32,000 nt of DNA from Nanobdella aerobiophila (GTDB lineage: Archaea; Nanobdellota; Nanobdellia; Nanobdellales; Nanobdellaceae). The position numbers were made by a program, and so were the translations under genes. The notes beneath the pieces are model-generated. The model worked only from the letters and a program-made list of their open reading frames with translations, ran no database searches and was not told the origin of the DNA. Shown piece after piece: positions 9,309 to 18,678 of this stretch. The stretch's first letter is position 1. Each line of letters starts with the position of its first letter. The stretch lies in contig NZ_AP019769.1 in assembly GCF_023169545.1 (NCBI RefSeq), positions 120,001-152,000 of the forward strand. The letters run 5' to 3'.

Positions 9309-10604
9309 ATGATAAATATAATATCATTTATAATATTAATAATTATATGTATAGAGTTATTAATATCATTTTATACGCTAATATTTCTATTTAATTATCA
9401 TCAAGATAATATAGATACTAATATAAAAGATTATCCTACGGTTTCTATAATTGTACCAGCATATAATGAAGAAAAAAATATAAAAAATACATTGGATAGA
9501 CTAATAAATCTAGATTATCCAAAAGATAAATTAAATATAATAGTAGTAGATGATGGATCAATTGATAATACATATAATATAGCAAAAGAATACGAAAAAT
9601 ATCACATTGTAAAGGTATATAGAAAAGAAAATAGTGGAAAATCTTCTGCAATAAACTTTGGAATAAAAAATTCAAATAGTGAATATATAGTGGTTTTAGA
9701 TGCAGATTCCATACCTGGGAAAGATTCACTAAAGAAAATGATAAAATATTTTTATTTTTATGATGTAGATATAGTCATACCATCTGTACAAGTAAATAAA
9801 ACAGATAATATAATTCAAAAATATCAATATATAGATTATGTAGTATATAATTTTTCTAGAATATCTTTAGATTCTATGGAATCTTTATTTATTGCTCCAG
9901 GACCATTTTCTGTATTTAAAAAAGAAGTATTTGATAAAATAGGATTATTTGATGAAAAGAATATTACAGAAGATATGGAGATTGCTTTAAGGGCACAGAA
10001 AAATGGTTTTAAGATAAAATACTGTCCGGAAAGTATAATATATACAGAGCCACCAGATACATTTATCAAATTATTAAGACAAAGATCTAGATGGTACCTT
10101 GGTTTTATAGAGAATTTTAATAAATATAGAGATATAGAAAATGAATATCTAAGAGAAATTGGTTTTGGTATATCAATTACATTACAATTCATAATACCAG
10201 TTGCATTTTTTATTATACTATACACATATTTATATCAATTATATAATTTTTTTATATACCTAAGTTTAATAAATTATAATATATTCTACATATTTCAAAA
10301 TTACAGCTTCAATATTAATACATATATTTTTGAATTATTTTCCACTAATTTGATAATTTTATATTTATTTTCTTTATTATTATTGATTAATTTTCTATTA
10401 TTTTTATCTTTTTATCACAAGATCGATAAATCTAGAAGCTTTAGGTCTTTAATATTTTATTCAATAATATACCTATTTTTATCATTGTATTTTAATGCAA
10501 TATTTATTATTGTTTCTTTCTATTATAAATTGTTTGGTAGGAAATTAAAGTGGGGGGGCTTAGAATGGAACAATAGCTTAATAAATAGGTTAATTAATAG
10601 ATAG
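9309..10604 (+). CDS. Family 2 glycosyltransferase, membrane-associated
   Basis: 'YPTVSIIVPAYNEEKNIKNTLDRLINLDYPKDKLNIIVVDDGS', 'VVLDADSIPG', 'ITEDMEIALRAQKNG', 'RQRSRWYLGF', C-terminal TM helices. Confidence 0.92.
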   Translation: MINIISFIILIIICIELLISFYTLIFLFNYHQDNIDTNIKDYPTVSIIVPAYNEEKNIKNTLDRLINLDYPKDKLNIIVVDDGSIDNTYNIAKEYEKYHIVKVYRKENSGKSSAINFGIKNSNSEYIVVLDADSIPGKDSLKKMIKYFYFYDVDIVIPSVQVNKTDNIIQKYQYIDYVVYNFSRISLDSMESLFIAPGPFSVFKKEVFDKIGLFDEKNITEDMEIALRAQKNGFKIKYCPESIIYTEPPDTFIKLLRQRSRWYLGFIENFNKYRDIENEYLREIGFGISITLQFIIPVAFFIILYTYLYQLYNFFIYLSLINYNIFYIFQNYSFNINTYIFELFSTNLIILYLFSLLLLINFLLFLSFYHKIDKSRSFRSLIFYSIIYLFLSLYFNAIFIIVSFYYKLFGRKLKWGGLEWNNSLINRLINR

Positions 10605-10607
10605 AAA

Positions 10608-11258
10608 ATGGATAACAAAAATATGCTAATTTATTCAATAGTATTATCTTTATTAACATTTTTTTTAGGTATTATATTAGGATATATATTATATCAATTT
10701 TCATTTCAACAAAGTATACTACAAGTAAATCAAATTAATTCTTTAGTTATTTCTGCGCAATATTTAGCAGAATCGAGACAATTAGAATGTACAAATAATT
10801 ATTTCTCATTTTTACAATATTTAAAGTCAGAAATCGCTCAAGTAGGTACAGAATTAACTTATTTGCAATCTAAGGAAAATCTTTACTACAATAAAGGTGA
10901 AGTACAGTATTTAAAATCTCAATATTTTAATCTAGAATATTTGCAATTTCTATTAACTAAGAAATATATAGATACTTGTAATTATAATAATTTTACATTA
11001 ATATTATATTTCTATAATAATAATTACTGTTCTACAGAGTGTGATCAGGAAGGGGAGATATTATCATATTTGTATGCAAATAATGAAAAATCTCTATATA
11101 TATACTCTTTTGATTCTTCATATTCAAATTACTTTATCCAATATTATGATGTAGAGTATAATATAACTTCATGGCCGTATATAGTTATAATAAAAAATAA
11201 TAATACTTATGTATTTAATAAATTCGTTAATTTAACAACATTAGAAAATTATGTATAA
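10608..11258 (+). CDS. Membrane-anchored thioredoxin-fold-like protein
   Basis: Single N-terminal TM helix, coiled region, then 'LILYFYNNNYCSTECDQEGEILSYL...YNITSWPYIVIIKNNNTYVFNKFVNLTTLENYV', resembling a CxxxC thioredoxin fold with a cis-Pro-like position. Confidence 0.5.
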   Translation: MDNKNMLIYSIVLSLLTFFLGIILGYILYQFSFQQSILQVNQINSLVISAQYLAESRQLECTNNYFSFLQYLKSEIAQVGTELTYLQSKENLYYNKGEVQYLKSQYFNLEYLQFLLTKKYIDTCNYNNFTLILYFYNNNYCSTECDQEGEILSYLYANNEKSLYIYSFDSSYSNYFIQYYDVEYNITSWPYIVIIKNNNTYVFNKFVNLTTLENYV

Positions 11259-12550
11259 CCATTAACTTTATAAATATATACAGAACATGAAGAAGGATCT
11301 ATATAATAATATATTAATGATAAATTATAATTTTCTGGATTGAAAGGATAATCTAATCCACAATTTGGTGTATAGATTATATATTGTGGATATACTCTAT
11401 TAAGTAAATATGTTGTATTATACATTATATAAACTTGAGAATCTGTGTAATAAGCAACCATGGGCCATAAATAATTTGTTAATATTACTTTTGGTTTATA
11501 TTGATCTAAAAATATTGATGCCCTATAAATATAATTAAGACTTGTATTGCTTAGATTTGTATTGTAATTTAATAAATATATAAATCCATAATAAAAAGAT
11601 ATTATTCCAGATATAGTAAATAATATAAAATATGGCATTTTGAATCCCTTTAATTTATCTATGAATAATTTAGTTAATATAATAAAGGTAGGTAGTACCA
11701 TTAATAAATATCTGGGATCTTTAGATTTTACAAGAAATGTTATATAAATTAAAGATATTATTGTGTAAAAATATACTACTTTATACTTATCTTCCTTTAT
11801 TCTTTGTATTAATGATAATAAATATATTCCAGAAAATATTAATAGATAATAAATCAATACTAACGGAGATTGATATATACTATACTCGTATACAACTCTT
11901 GCCTGCTGTATAAAAATATATATAGGATTATGATAGAATATTATATTATATAAGAAATATGGAATAGCAAATATTAAAGAATATATTATTATTTTTATTC
12001 TTTCCTTGTTCTTTGAGAATATTAAATATGGTATATATATTAATCCATATTCATATTTCGCTAGAACAGATAAGACAGCAAATAAAGAAGATAATAATGT
12101 ATTTCTTTCTTTATTATTTTTTATATAGAAATATAATGATATAATTAAAAAAGATGTTGCTAATATATCTGGATATATTCTACTACCCCAAATTAATATT
12201 AATCCATTAATAGAATAGAATATTATTAATATATAATTTATTATATAATTTTTATCTTCAATTATCTTATATAGAAATATTGTAGATATAGAAAATATTG
12301 ATATTAATAATAATTTCATGATAAAAATATTAAAACTTGTTATATATGCAATAGGTGTCAGAATCCACCACAATAATGGAAATCTGTAATATTCAAAATA
12401 TGGTGTATTAAATAATACATGTTTTATATTATCTAAATATGCGTATTCGTCCCAAAATAATATTTTAGGTGAAGTAATTAATACGATTAATTGTGGTAAG
12501 AATGATATAATAAATACAAATATAATATTTTTTAGCTTTTCTTTGTTCAT
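11249..12550 (-). CDS. Polytopic membrane glycosyltransferase, GT39/ArnT-PMT-like
   Basis: About ten hydrophobic segments and early luminal acidic motif 'ILFWDEYAYLDNIK'. Confidence 0.65.
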   Translation of the reverse strand: MNKEKLKNIIFVFIISFLPQLIVLITSPKILFWDEYAYLDNIKHVLFNTPYFEYYRFPLLWWILTPIAYITSFNIFIMKLLLISIFSISTIFLYKIIEDKNYIINYILIIFYSINGLILIWGSRIYPDILATSFLIISLYFYIKNNKERNTLLSSLFAVLSVLAKYEYGLIYIPYLIFSKNKERIKIIIYSLIFAIPYFLYNIIFYHNPIYIFIQQARVVYEYSIYQSPLVLIYYLLIFSGIYLLSLIQRIKEDKYKVVYFYTIISLIYITFLVKSKDPRYLLMVLPTFIILTKLFIDKLKGFKMPYFILFTISGIISFYYGFIYLLNYNTNLSNTSLNYIYRASIFLDQYKPKVILTNYLWPMVAYYTDSQVYIMYNTTYLLNRVYPQYIIYTPNCGLDYPFNPENYNLSLIYYYIDPSSCSVYIYKVNGYT

Positions 12551-12586
12551 AAAATAATTTATAAGATAAATCTTAAAATATTTATT

Positions 12587-14110
12587 ATGAAATTAGAAAA
12601 GCCTGAAATACACTATAATGCCCTTGATGTTATGGTAAATCAGATTGTTGGAATGACTTTAGAATATAATGATGTAGATATAGATCTTGTATGGAATACA
12701 ATAAAAAGGTCTTATCTATATAAAGATTTAAAATATGAAGATCTTATTGATGTATTAAATTTCTTAGATTCTATAAGGATTATAAAATATGATAAAGAAA
12801 ATAAAAAAATATTAAAAGCGGGTAAGGGACTATTTTATTATATTGAAAATCTATCTATGATACCGGATGAAAAATCTTATGACGTTATAGATATTACAAC
12901 AGGACAGAAGATAGGTATATTGCATCAAGAATTTGTTGCAAAACATGGGTCTTTAAATACGATATTTATTCTTAGAGGTTTACCATGGAAAATAGAAAAA
13001 ATAGATAAGAAAAGAATATTAGTATCATTACAAAATGATTTTGAATCTGCGATACCGTCTTGGGAAGGAGAAGAATTACCAGTACCATTTGAAATAGCTA
13101 GAGAAGGGCAAGAAATAAAAAAGGAATTATTAACAATGGATGAATTAAAAAATCAGGAATTATATTTTTATCCAGATAAAAATAATATATATATAGAACA
13201 ATATAAAGATTGGTTTATCATACATTCTCCATTTGGAAATAAAGTAAATGATTCTATATCTAGATTATTATCAGAAATTATATCAGAAAAATATGGTATT
13301 GTTGTAGGTATAAAAGTAGATCCATATAGAATATTATTGAAGGCTGGTTACTTAAAGAAAAAAGATATAAAGAATATATTTGAGAATGTGAATCCTCAAG
13401 AAATAGATAAAATATTAGAGAAAGCTATTGTAAATACAGATTTATTTTTATATAAATTTGCGCAAGTTGCTAAAAGATTTGGTGTTATACGGAAAGATGC
13501 AGATTATTCTAGGTCAACATTAAGAAGAATATCAGAACATGTATTAGATACACCTGTATATAGAGAAACAATAAATGATATATTTATAGAAAAATTAGAT
13601 GTAAAAAATACAAGATTAGTTTTTGAAAAAATATCTAAAGGAGAGATAAAGGTAAATGTTGTTGATAAGAAAACCTTATCTCCTTTAGGTATAACAGGTT
13701 TAGAAGAATATGTTTCGGATGTACTAATATCAGATAAATGGAAGGAAATAATGAGATTAGTTAAAGAGAGGATATTAGATGCAGAATTAACTTTAGTATG
13801 TATGGCATGTAAATCACAGTATAAAGTTAAGGTTAAGGATTATAAAGAATTTAAATGTAAAAAATGTAAAGGGACGTATTTCGGTGTTGCCAAAAATGAT
13901 AGAGATATAAAAGACGAAAAGAAATTGAATATAACTGCAGAATTGTTAAAGAATTATGGTAAAAAGTTTTTATTTATATATGGGGCCAGAGGAATAAGTT
14001 ATTTATCAGCGAAATTCTTAGTGAAGAAAGAGTTTAAAGATGAAGATCAATTACTTATGGAAATAATAGAATTTGAAAAGAGGGGAATGAAGTTTGCCAA
14101 AAGGAGATAA
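12587..14110 (+). CDS. lhr: C-terminal half of Lhr-type large helicase (no RecA domains present)
   Basis: 'NALDVMVNQIVGMTLEYNDVDIDLVWNTIKRSYLYKDLKYEDLIDVLNFL', 'YYIENLSMIPDEKSYDVIDITTGQKIGILHQEFVAKHG', 'IPSWEGEELPVPFEIAREGQE', C-terminal CxxC...CxxC. Helicase motifs I-VI are absent. Confidence 0.85.
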   Translation: MKLEKPEIHYNALDVMVNQIVGMTLEYNDVDIDLVWNTIKRSYLYKDLKYEDLIDVLNFLDSIRIIKYDKENKKILKAGKGLFYYIENLSMIPDEKSYDVIDITTGQKIGILHQEFVAKHGSLNTIFILRGLPWKIEKIDKKRILVSLQNDFESAIPSWEGEELPVPFEIAREGQEIKKELLTMDELKNQELYFYPDKNNIYIEQYKDWFIIHSPFGNKVNDSISRLLSEIISEKYGIVVGIKVDPYRILLKAGYLKKKDIKNIFENVNPQEIDKILEKAIVNTDLFLYKFAQVAKRFGVIRKDADYSRSTLRRISEHVLDTPVYRETINDIFIEKLDVKNTRLVFEKISKGEIKVNVVDKKTLSPLGITGLEEYVSDVLISDKWKEIMRLVKERILDAELTLVCMACKSQYKVKVKDYKEFKCKKCKGTYFGVAKNDRDIKDEKKLNITAELLKNYGKKFLFIYGARGISYLSAKFLVKKEFKDEDQLLMEIIEFEKRGMKFAKRR

Positions 14111-14141
14111 TATTTATAAAATATTCTAAATACCCTTTATT

Positions 14142-14747
14142 ATGAATATATCAAAAAACATTCAAGAGTCTTTTAATTTATATAAGAATAATATAATGAC
14201 GAGCATTGCTTTAGGATTCCTTCTTTTCTTAATAAACTTATTAAATTCTATACCAATAATAGGTACATTTATATATTCATATTTATATCCAAGAATATTA
14301 AAATATTATTATGAGAAATTAACTAAAGAAAAATTAGATTCAAAACTAAATATATCCTTTATATCCATATTTATTCCAAATTTATTAATAGGTATAGAGG
14401 TAATATTTTCTTTATTATTTATAATTTTCAAAAATTATGTATTTTTATATATAGCATTTTTATTAATTGTTGCAGGTATCATATTATATGTACTATCTTT
14501 ATATACAATTTTTGGTTCTATATTAGGAAAGGTTGATAAATATAAATTTTATATTAAAAATTCATTTTCTATCTTTGTAAATCTTTTGGTTATAGGTATA
14601 ATATTGTTTTCAATATATATCTTAATAGCAATTTTATCATATTTTATATCATTACTATTGGCAATTATATTGGATATAGGATTTTCTATATTAATCTTAT
14701 TACCTTTATTAAATGTAGTTTTGATTACAAGTACTAAAAATTTATAA
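14142..14747 (+). CDS. Small multi-pass membrane protein (DUF4013-like), copy 1
   Basis: 'IPIIGTFIYSYLYPRILKYYYEKLTKEKLDSKLNISFISIFIP' shared with the next ORF. Confidence 0.7.
   Translation: MNISKNIQESFNLYKNNIMTSIALGFLLFLINLLNSIPIIGTFIYSYLYPRILKYYYEKLTKEKLDSKLNISFISIFIPNLLIGIEVIFSLLFIIFKNYVFLYIAFLLIVAGIILYVLSLYTIFGSILGKVDKYKFYIKNSFSIFVNLLVIGIILFSIYILIAILSYFISLLLAIILDIGFSILILLPLLNVVLITSTKNL
14248..14378 (+). repeat. Near-identical 131-nt block, copy A (copy B at 14877-15007)
   Basis: By eye, three mismatches in 131 nt between the two blocks; flanking sequence diverges. Confidence 0.85.
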
Positions 14748-14770
14748 TAAATTAAATAGATATATTTTTT

Positions 14771-15454
14771 ATGAACTTTGTAAATAATTTAAAGGCATCT
14801 TTTTTGTTATATAAAAGAAATATATTATTTGGATTCTTATATGGTATAATTAAATCTTTATTATATATTATATTTTCTATACCAATAATAGGTACATTTA
14901 TATATTCATATTTATATCCAAGAATATTAAAATATTATTATGAAAAATTAACTAAAGAAAAACTAGATTCAAAACTAAATATATCCTTTATATCTATATT
15001 TATTCCATCAATAATACAAAATATATTGATATTTAGTTCTATATTTATATCTTCATATTTCTATTTATCTATATTATCTCTTGACTATTTAAATAATAAG
15101 TTAGTATATATAAACAGTCCATTAAATTTATCCTTTTATAACTTTATATTACCTGTAGTAGTATCCTTTATAATATTTTATGGAATTACATATATAATGT
15201 ATATATTTTCTATGAATTCTTTCTATGGTTCAATATTGGGGAAAGTGAATAAATATAATTTAGAAATAAATAATTCTTCTAAAATATTTTTTAATATACT
15301 TACATTATTTTTGATATCTATGTTTATATTATTTTTCTTATCTTCAATAATAATTCTTAATAAATATCTAATATTAATACCAATATTAATATTTATATTG
15401 TTAATAGTGCCTTTATTGGATATTATTGGTTTAGTATCTTTTGATAGTAAATAA
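14771..15454 (+). CDS. Small multi-pass membrane protein (DUF4013-like), copy 2
   Basis: Tandem paralogue of 14142-14747 with the identical 43-aa block. Confidence 0.7.
   Translation: MNFVNNLKASFLLYKRNILFGFLYGIIKSLLYIIFSIPIIGTFIYSYLYPRILKYYYEKLTKEKLDSKLNISFISIFIPSIIQNILIFSSIFISSYFYLSILSLDYLNNKLVYINSPLNLSFYNFILPVVVSFIIFYGITYIMYIFSMNSFYGSILGKVNKYNLEINNSSKIFFNILTLFLISMFILFFLSSIIILNKYLILIPILIFILLIVPLLDIIGLVSFDSK
14877..15007 (+). repeat. Near-identical 131-nt block, copy B
   Basis: See copy A at 14248-14378. Confidence 0.85.
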
Positions 15455-15493
15455 TTATCTATTAGTGGTAATCAATTTTAATCAATATAACAA

Positions 15494-15504
15494 AATTTTA
15501 TAAA
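15494..15504 (+). promoter_or_regulatory. TATA box of S-layer-like gene
   Basis: 'attttataaat' about 27-30 nt upstream of ATG 15528. Confidence 0.5.
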
Positions 15505-15527
15505 TATTGTTGATATATCATTATTTC

Positions 15528-18500
15528 ATGGAAAAGCATTCGAAAGGTAAGAATAGATATAAGTCTTTTATGATGAGAGGTAAGACAATATCAGCTATAG
15601 GAGCAATGGCAGCATTAGGACTGGCAATATATTCGCAATCTGGACAACCAACAATAGGTCAATTAGCACAAGCAATGAAAGCACAACCATCTGCATGGAC
15701 AGTAGTAGTAGGAGCAAATGCAAAGGCATCTGATGTTGTAGGAGCTTCTAATATAGTTGCAGCATTAGAGACCTTCACATCTGTACCAACAAATATGACA
15801 ACAAATCAATCTAATTTACAAGTACAAATACAAGGAACAATTCCTGTAATACAAAATTCATATCCATTATATTATCCATCAGAACCATTATACTTGGGAT
15901 ATAATTTAAATAGTGTAGTAAATGTATTATCTGTAGGTTCAGGTACATTCCAAACAAATTACAATGGACAACAAACTACATATCAATATAATGCATATGT
16001 ATATCCATCAAATCAATATTCTATACAATATATAGAACCAACACCAGGACAAAGTCAACCAGTTGTATCATTAGCAGCAACTGGTCCAACAGCAAGTCCA
16101 ATTTCATTAAACTTAACATTCTCACCATCCTTAAACTTAACTCAATTAACACAATCTCCACAAGCAATTAATATATTTAATACAACATATTATATGGTCC
16201 CAGCATCCAATGGTCAATATATTAACTTTGTTCCAGCTGCAGATGTAGTAACATTAAATGTAAATCAATCAACAACCTTTAATGGTGTACAGATAACATT
16301 ACAAGGTGTAACAGCACAATACTCTGCAGGTTCTACAACTTCAACTGGTGTACCATCAGCAGTATTAAATATAAATGGTCGAACTGTAACTGTACAAGTA
16401 GGTTCACAAGAATATGTAGATGGAATTAATGTATTAGTTGTAAATGTATATGGTCCATTATCAAATGAAGTTACTACAACACAACAAGGTTATGTAGAGT
16501 TAGTATTGGGTAATTCTGGATATCAATTACCAATAACTTCAACACCAGCAAATGTACAAACATCAAGTGGACAAGTATTAAATAATGTACAAGTACAGAT
16601 GACATATACAACATCTGGAAATGGTTATTTGATATCAGATATAGCATTCTTATTCCCACAATTGCCAGAGATTGGAACTTCAGGATATTATGGATTAACA
16701 AACGGAGCAGTATATCAATTACCATTATTTAATTATGAATTAACATTCCCATCTGTTACATTACCAGCAAAGAATTCTGATTTAATACAAGTGCAATCTT
16801 CATTAGTAACTCAAGGCAGTAATAGCTATGCAAATCAATTTACATTATCATATCCAGATGCATTATCAGGTAAGACATATACATTAAGTATATATAATAA
16901 TGATCCTTCATCACCATCTAACGGTGTGTTACAAGCATTCCAGCAAGGATATGTACAGAGTTTAAAAGAATATACTAATTCATTGACAACAAGTACTACA
17001 TCTACATATCAATCTGCTGCATTAACACCAACAGTAGGAACAGTTATATCCATTACTAATACTAGTTCTGTTACATCTTATTATTATATTGCAAATGTAT
17101 CATCAAGTAATGTTATTTTAGTAGGTTTACAAACAGGACAAGTTTATAATGTAAATTCTGGGGGTGCAACATTAAGTGATGGTGTAAGTGTAAAATATAG
17201 TGGCGGTACATTAACATTTAATTCACCAAATGGTCAATACTTTACTAGTCAAACATTTACTGCAGGTACTAATTATAATTATCCATATTATGCAGGTCAA
17301 TTAACACCAGGAAGTCAAACAAGTGCATTTGTATTATATCCAGGACAATACTTCGCAGTATATAATCCAACAACACAAACGTCAGAAATATTCTATTTAC
17401 AAGATGTGACTACAGGAACAAATAATGTACCACAAGCTACAATAGAAGATGTAATAACAGGACAAACATATACAGTAAGTCAAGGAAATCCAATAGTTGT
17501 AGATAATGGTATATCTTTAGATCCAATAATAATAAATACACAAGTACCATATGTTATATTGCAGGGAAGTGGAACTATATCAATGAATAGGTTAGTATTA
17601 ACATCAATGGGTACAAGTCCACAATCAACACCAATGATAAGTATAACAGGTTTGGGTACACCAACGGTAAATATAGGAGTTCAAGATACGTACCCCGGAT
17701 ATACATTAGTAAATGGATCAACACTAGGTACATCTGTTAGCCTAACATTAGGTGTAACTGGAGGTTTAGCAAATCCAACATTTGACTATACAAACCCAAC
17801 TTCAACATCTGTAACATCCGGATCTACAACAACAACATATTATTTAGATAAAGCAGGAACATATAGCGTATATACATCATCAACAGGAGCACAAACATTA
17901 TCACTATATGTACCAATGGTACCTGTATCATATGCAGTATCTATAGCTCCAGTAGGCTCACAGTCGCAACAAGAATCTGTAAATGTAGGTATAGGACAAA
18001 TAATACCAGGAACATCATTAACAGTTGAAGGAGTAACAGGAGCGTCATCAACAACAACAACTTACTCAGCACCACAAGCATTAATAGGAAATGTAATATT
18101 AACAAGTCAGGTAAATGCAAATAATATGAATAATATGGTATTAGTAGGCGGTCCAGCAGTAAATACATTAACAGCACAAGCAGTTATAAATTGGGTATCA
18201 TCTGAAAATTCAACATTAGGATCAGAATTGCAATCATTGGCATCTTCACAAGGTGGATTAATATATGGTTCACAATTAGCACCAGTATTACAACAATTAG
18301 GAATAACATTTGAACCAGGAACAGCATTAGTATTCACATCAACATTAGCACCAAATTCATTGGTAATATTTGGATGGTATGGTAATGATACAACAGAAGC
18401 AACACAAGTATTTGCAAACTATCTAGTTAGTGGTGTAGATTCATCAGTATTTAATAATGCAACATTAGTATGGATAAATGATCAGCAAACATCTGTATCC

Positions 18501-18530
18501 GGTCAACCAACAGTACAAGCAATACAATAA
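15528..18530 (+). CDS. Large Thr/Ser-rich S-layer-like surface protein
   Basis: Basic N-terminus and hydrophobic signal 'MRGKTISAIGAMAALGLAIY', then 'SAWTVVVGANAKASDVVGASNIVAAL' as in archaeal S-layer proteins; long beta/Thr-rich body. The ORF track starts at TTG 15507, but ATG 15528 is preferred. Confidence 0.8.
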   Translation: MEKHSKGKNRYKSFMMRGKTISAIGAMAALGLAIYSQSGQPTIGQLAQAMKAQPSAWTVVVGANAKASDVVGASNIVAALETFTSVPTNMTTNQSNLQVQIQGTIPVIQNSYPLYYPSEPLYLGYNLNSVVNVLSVGSGTFQTNYNGQQTTYQYNAYVYPSNQYSIQYIEPTPGQSQPVVSLAATGPTASPISLNLTFSPSLNLTQLTQSPQAINIFNTTYYMVPASNGQYINFVPAADVVTLNVNQSTTFNGVQITLQGVTAQYSAGSTTSTGVPSAVLNINGRTVTVQVGSQEYVDGINVLVVNVYGPLSNEVTTTQQGYVELVLGNSGYQLPITSTPANVQTSSGQVLNNVQVQMTYTTSGNGYLISDIAFLFPQLPEIGTSGYYGLTNGAVYQLPLFNYELTFPSVTLPAKNSDLIQVQSSLVTQGSNSYANQFTLSYPDALSGKTYTLSIYNNDPSSPSNGVLQAFQQGYVQSLKEYTNSLTTSTTSTYQSAALTPTVGTVISITNTSSVTSYYYIANVSSSNVILVGLQTGQVYNVNSGGATLSDGVSVKYSGGTLTFNSPNGQYFTSQTFTAGTNYNYPYYAGQLTPGSQTSAFVLYPGQYFAVYNPTTQTSEIFYLQDVTTGTNNVPQATIEDVITGQTYTVSQGNPIVVDNGISLDPIIINTQVPYVILQGSGTISMNRLVLTSMGTSPQSTPMISITGLGTPTVNIGVQDTYPGYTLVNGSTLGTSVSLTLGVTGGLANPTFDYTNPTSTSVTSGSTTTTYYLDKAGTYSVYTSSTGAQTLSLYVPMVPVSYAVSIAPVGSQSQQESVNVGIGQIIPGTSLTVEGVTGASSTTTTYSAPQALIGNVILTSQVNANNMNNMVLVGGPAVNTLTAQAVINWVSSENSTLGSELQSLASSQGGLIYGSQLAPVLQQLGITFEPGTALVFTSTLAPNSLVIFGWYGNDTTEATQVFANYLVSGVDSSVFNNATLVWINDQQTSVSGQPTVQAIQ

Positions 18531-18555
18531 AAGCTTTTTTCTTTTATGATTTTTT

Positions 18556-18651
18556 ATGGATGATGATGTAAAAGAGATTGTTTTTGATTTTTTATTATTA
18601 GTATTTTCATTATTTATCTTAATTTTTGGATATTGGTTATCTTTATTATAA
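18556..18651 (+). CDS. 31-aa single-TM microprotein candidate
   Basis: ATG...TAA encodes MDDDVKEIVFDFLLLVFSLFILIFGYWLSLL; lies in the gap between the S-layer gene and rrp42 and is too short for the ORF track. Confidence 0.4.
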   Translation: MDDDVKEIVFDFLLLVFSLFILIFGYWLSLL

Positions 18652-18678
18652 ATATATAAAGATTTTAGATAAAAATTA

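Noticed and set aside
9445-10225. Minus-strand ORFs 9445-9729 and 9836-10225
   Set aside because: Antisense to the GT2 gene with clear catalytic motifs.
16474-18337. Minus-strand ORFs inside the S-layer gene (16474-16725, 17941-18177, 18107-18337)
   Set aside because: Arise from the biased ACA/TCA/CCA codon usage on the sense strand.
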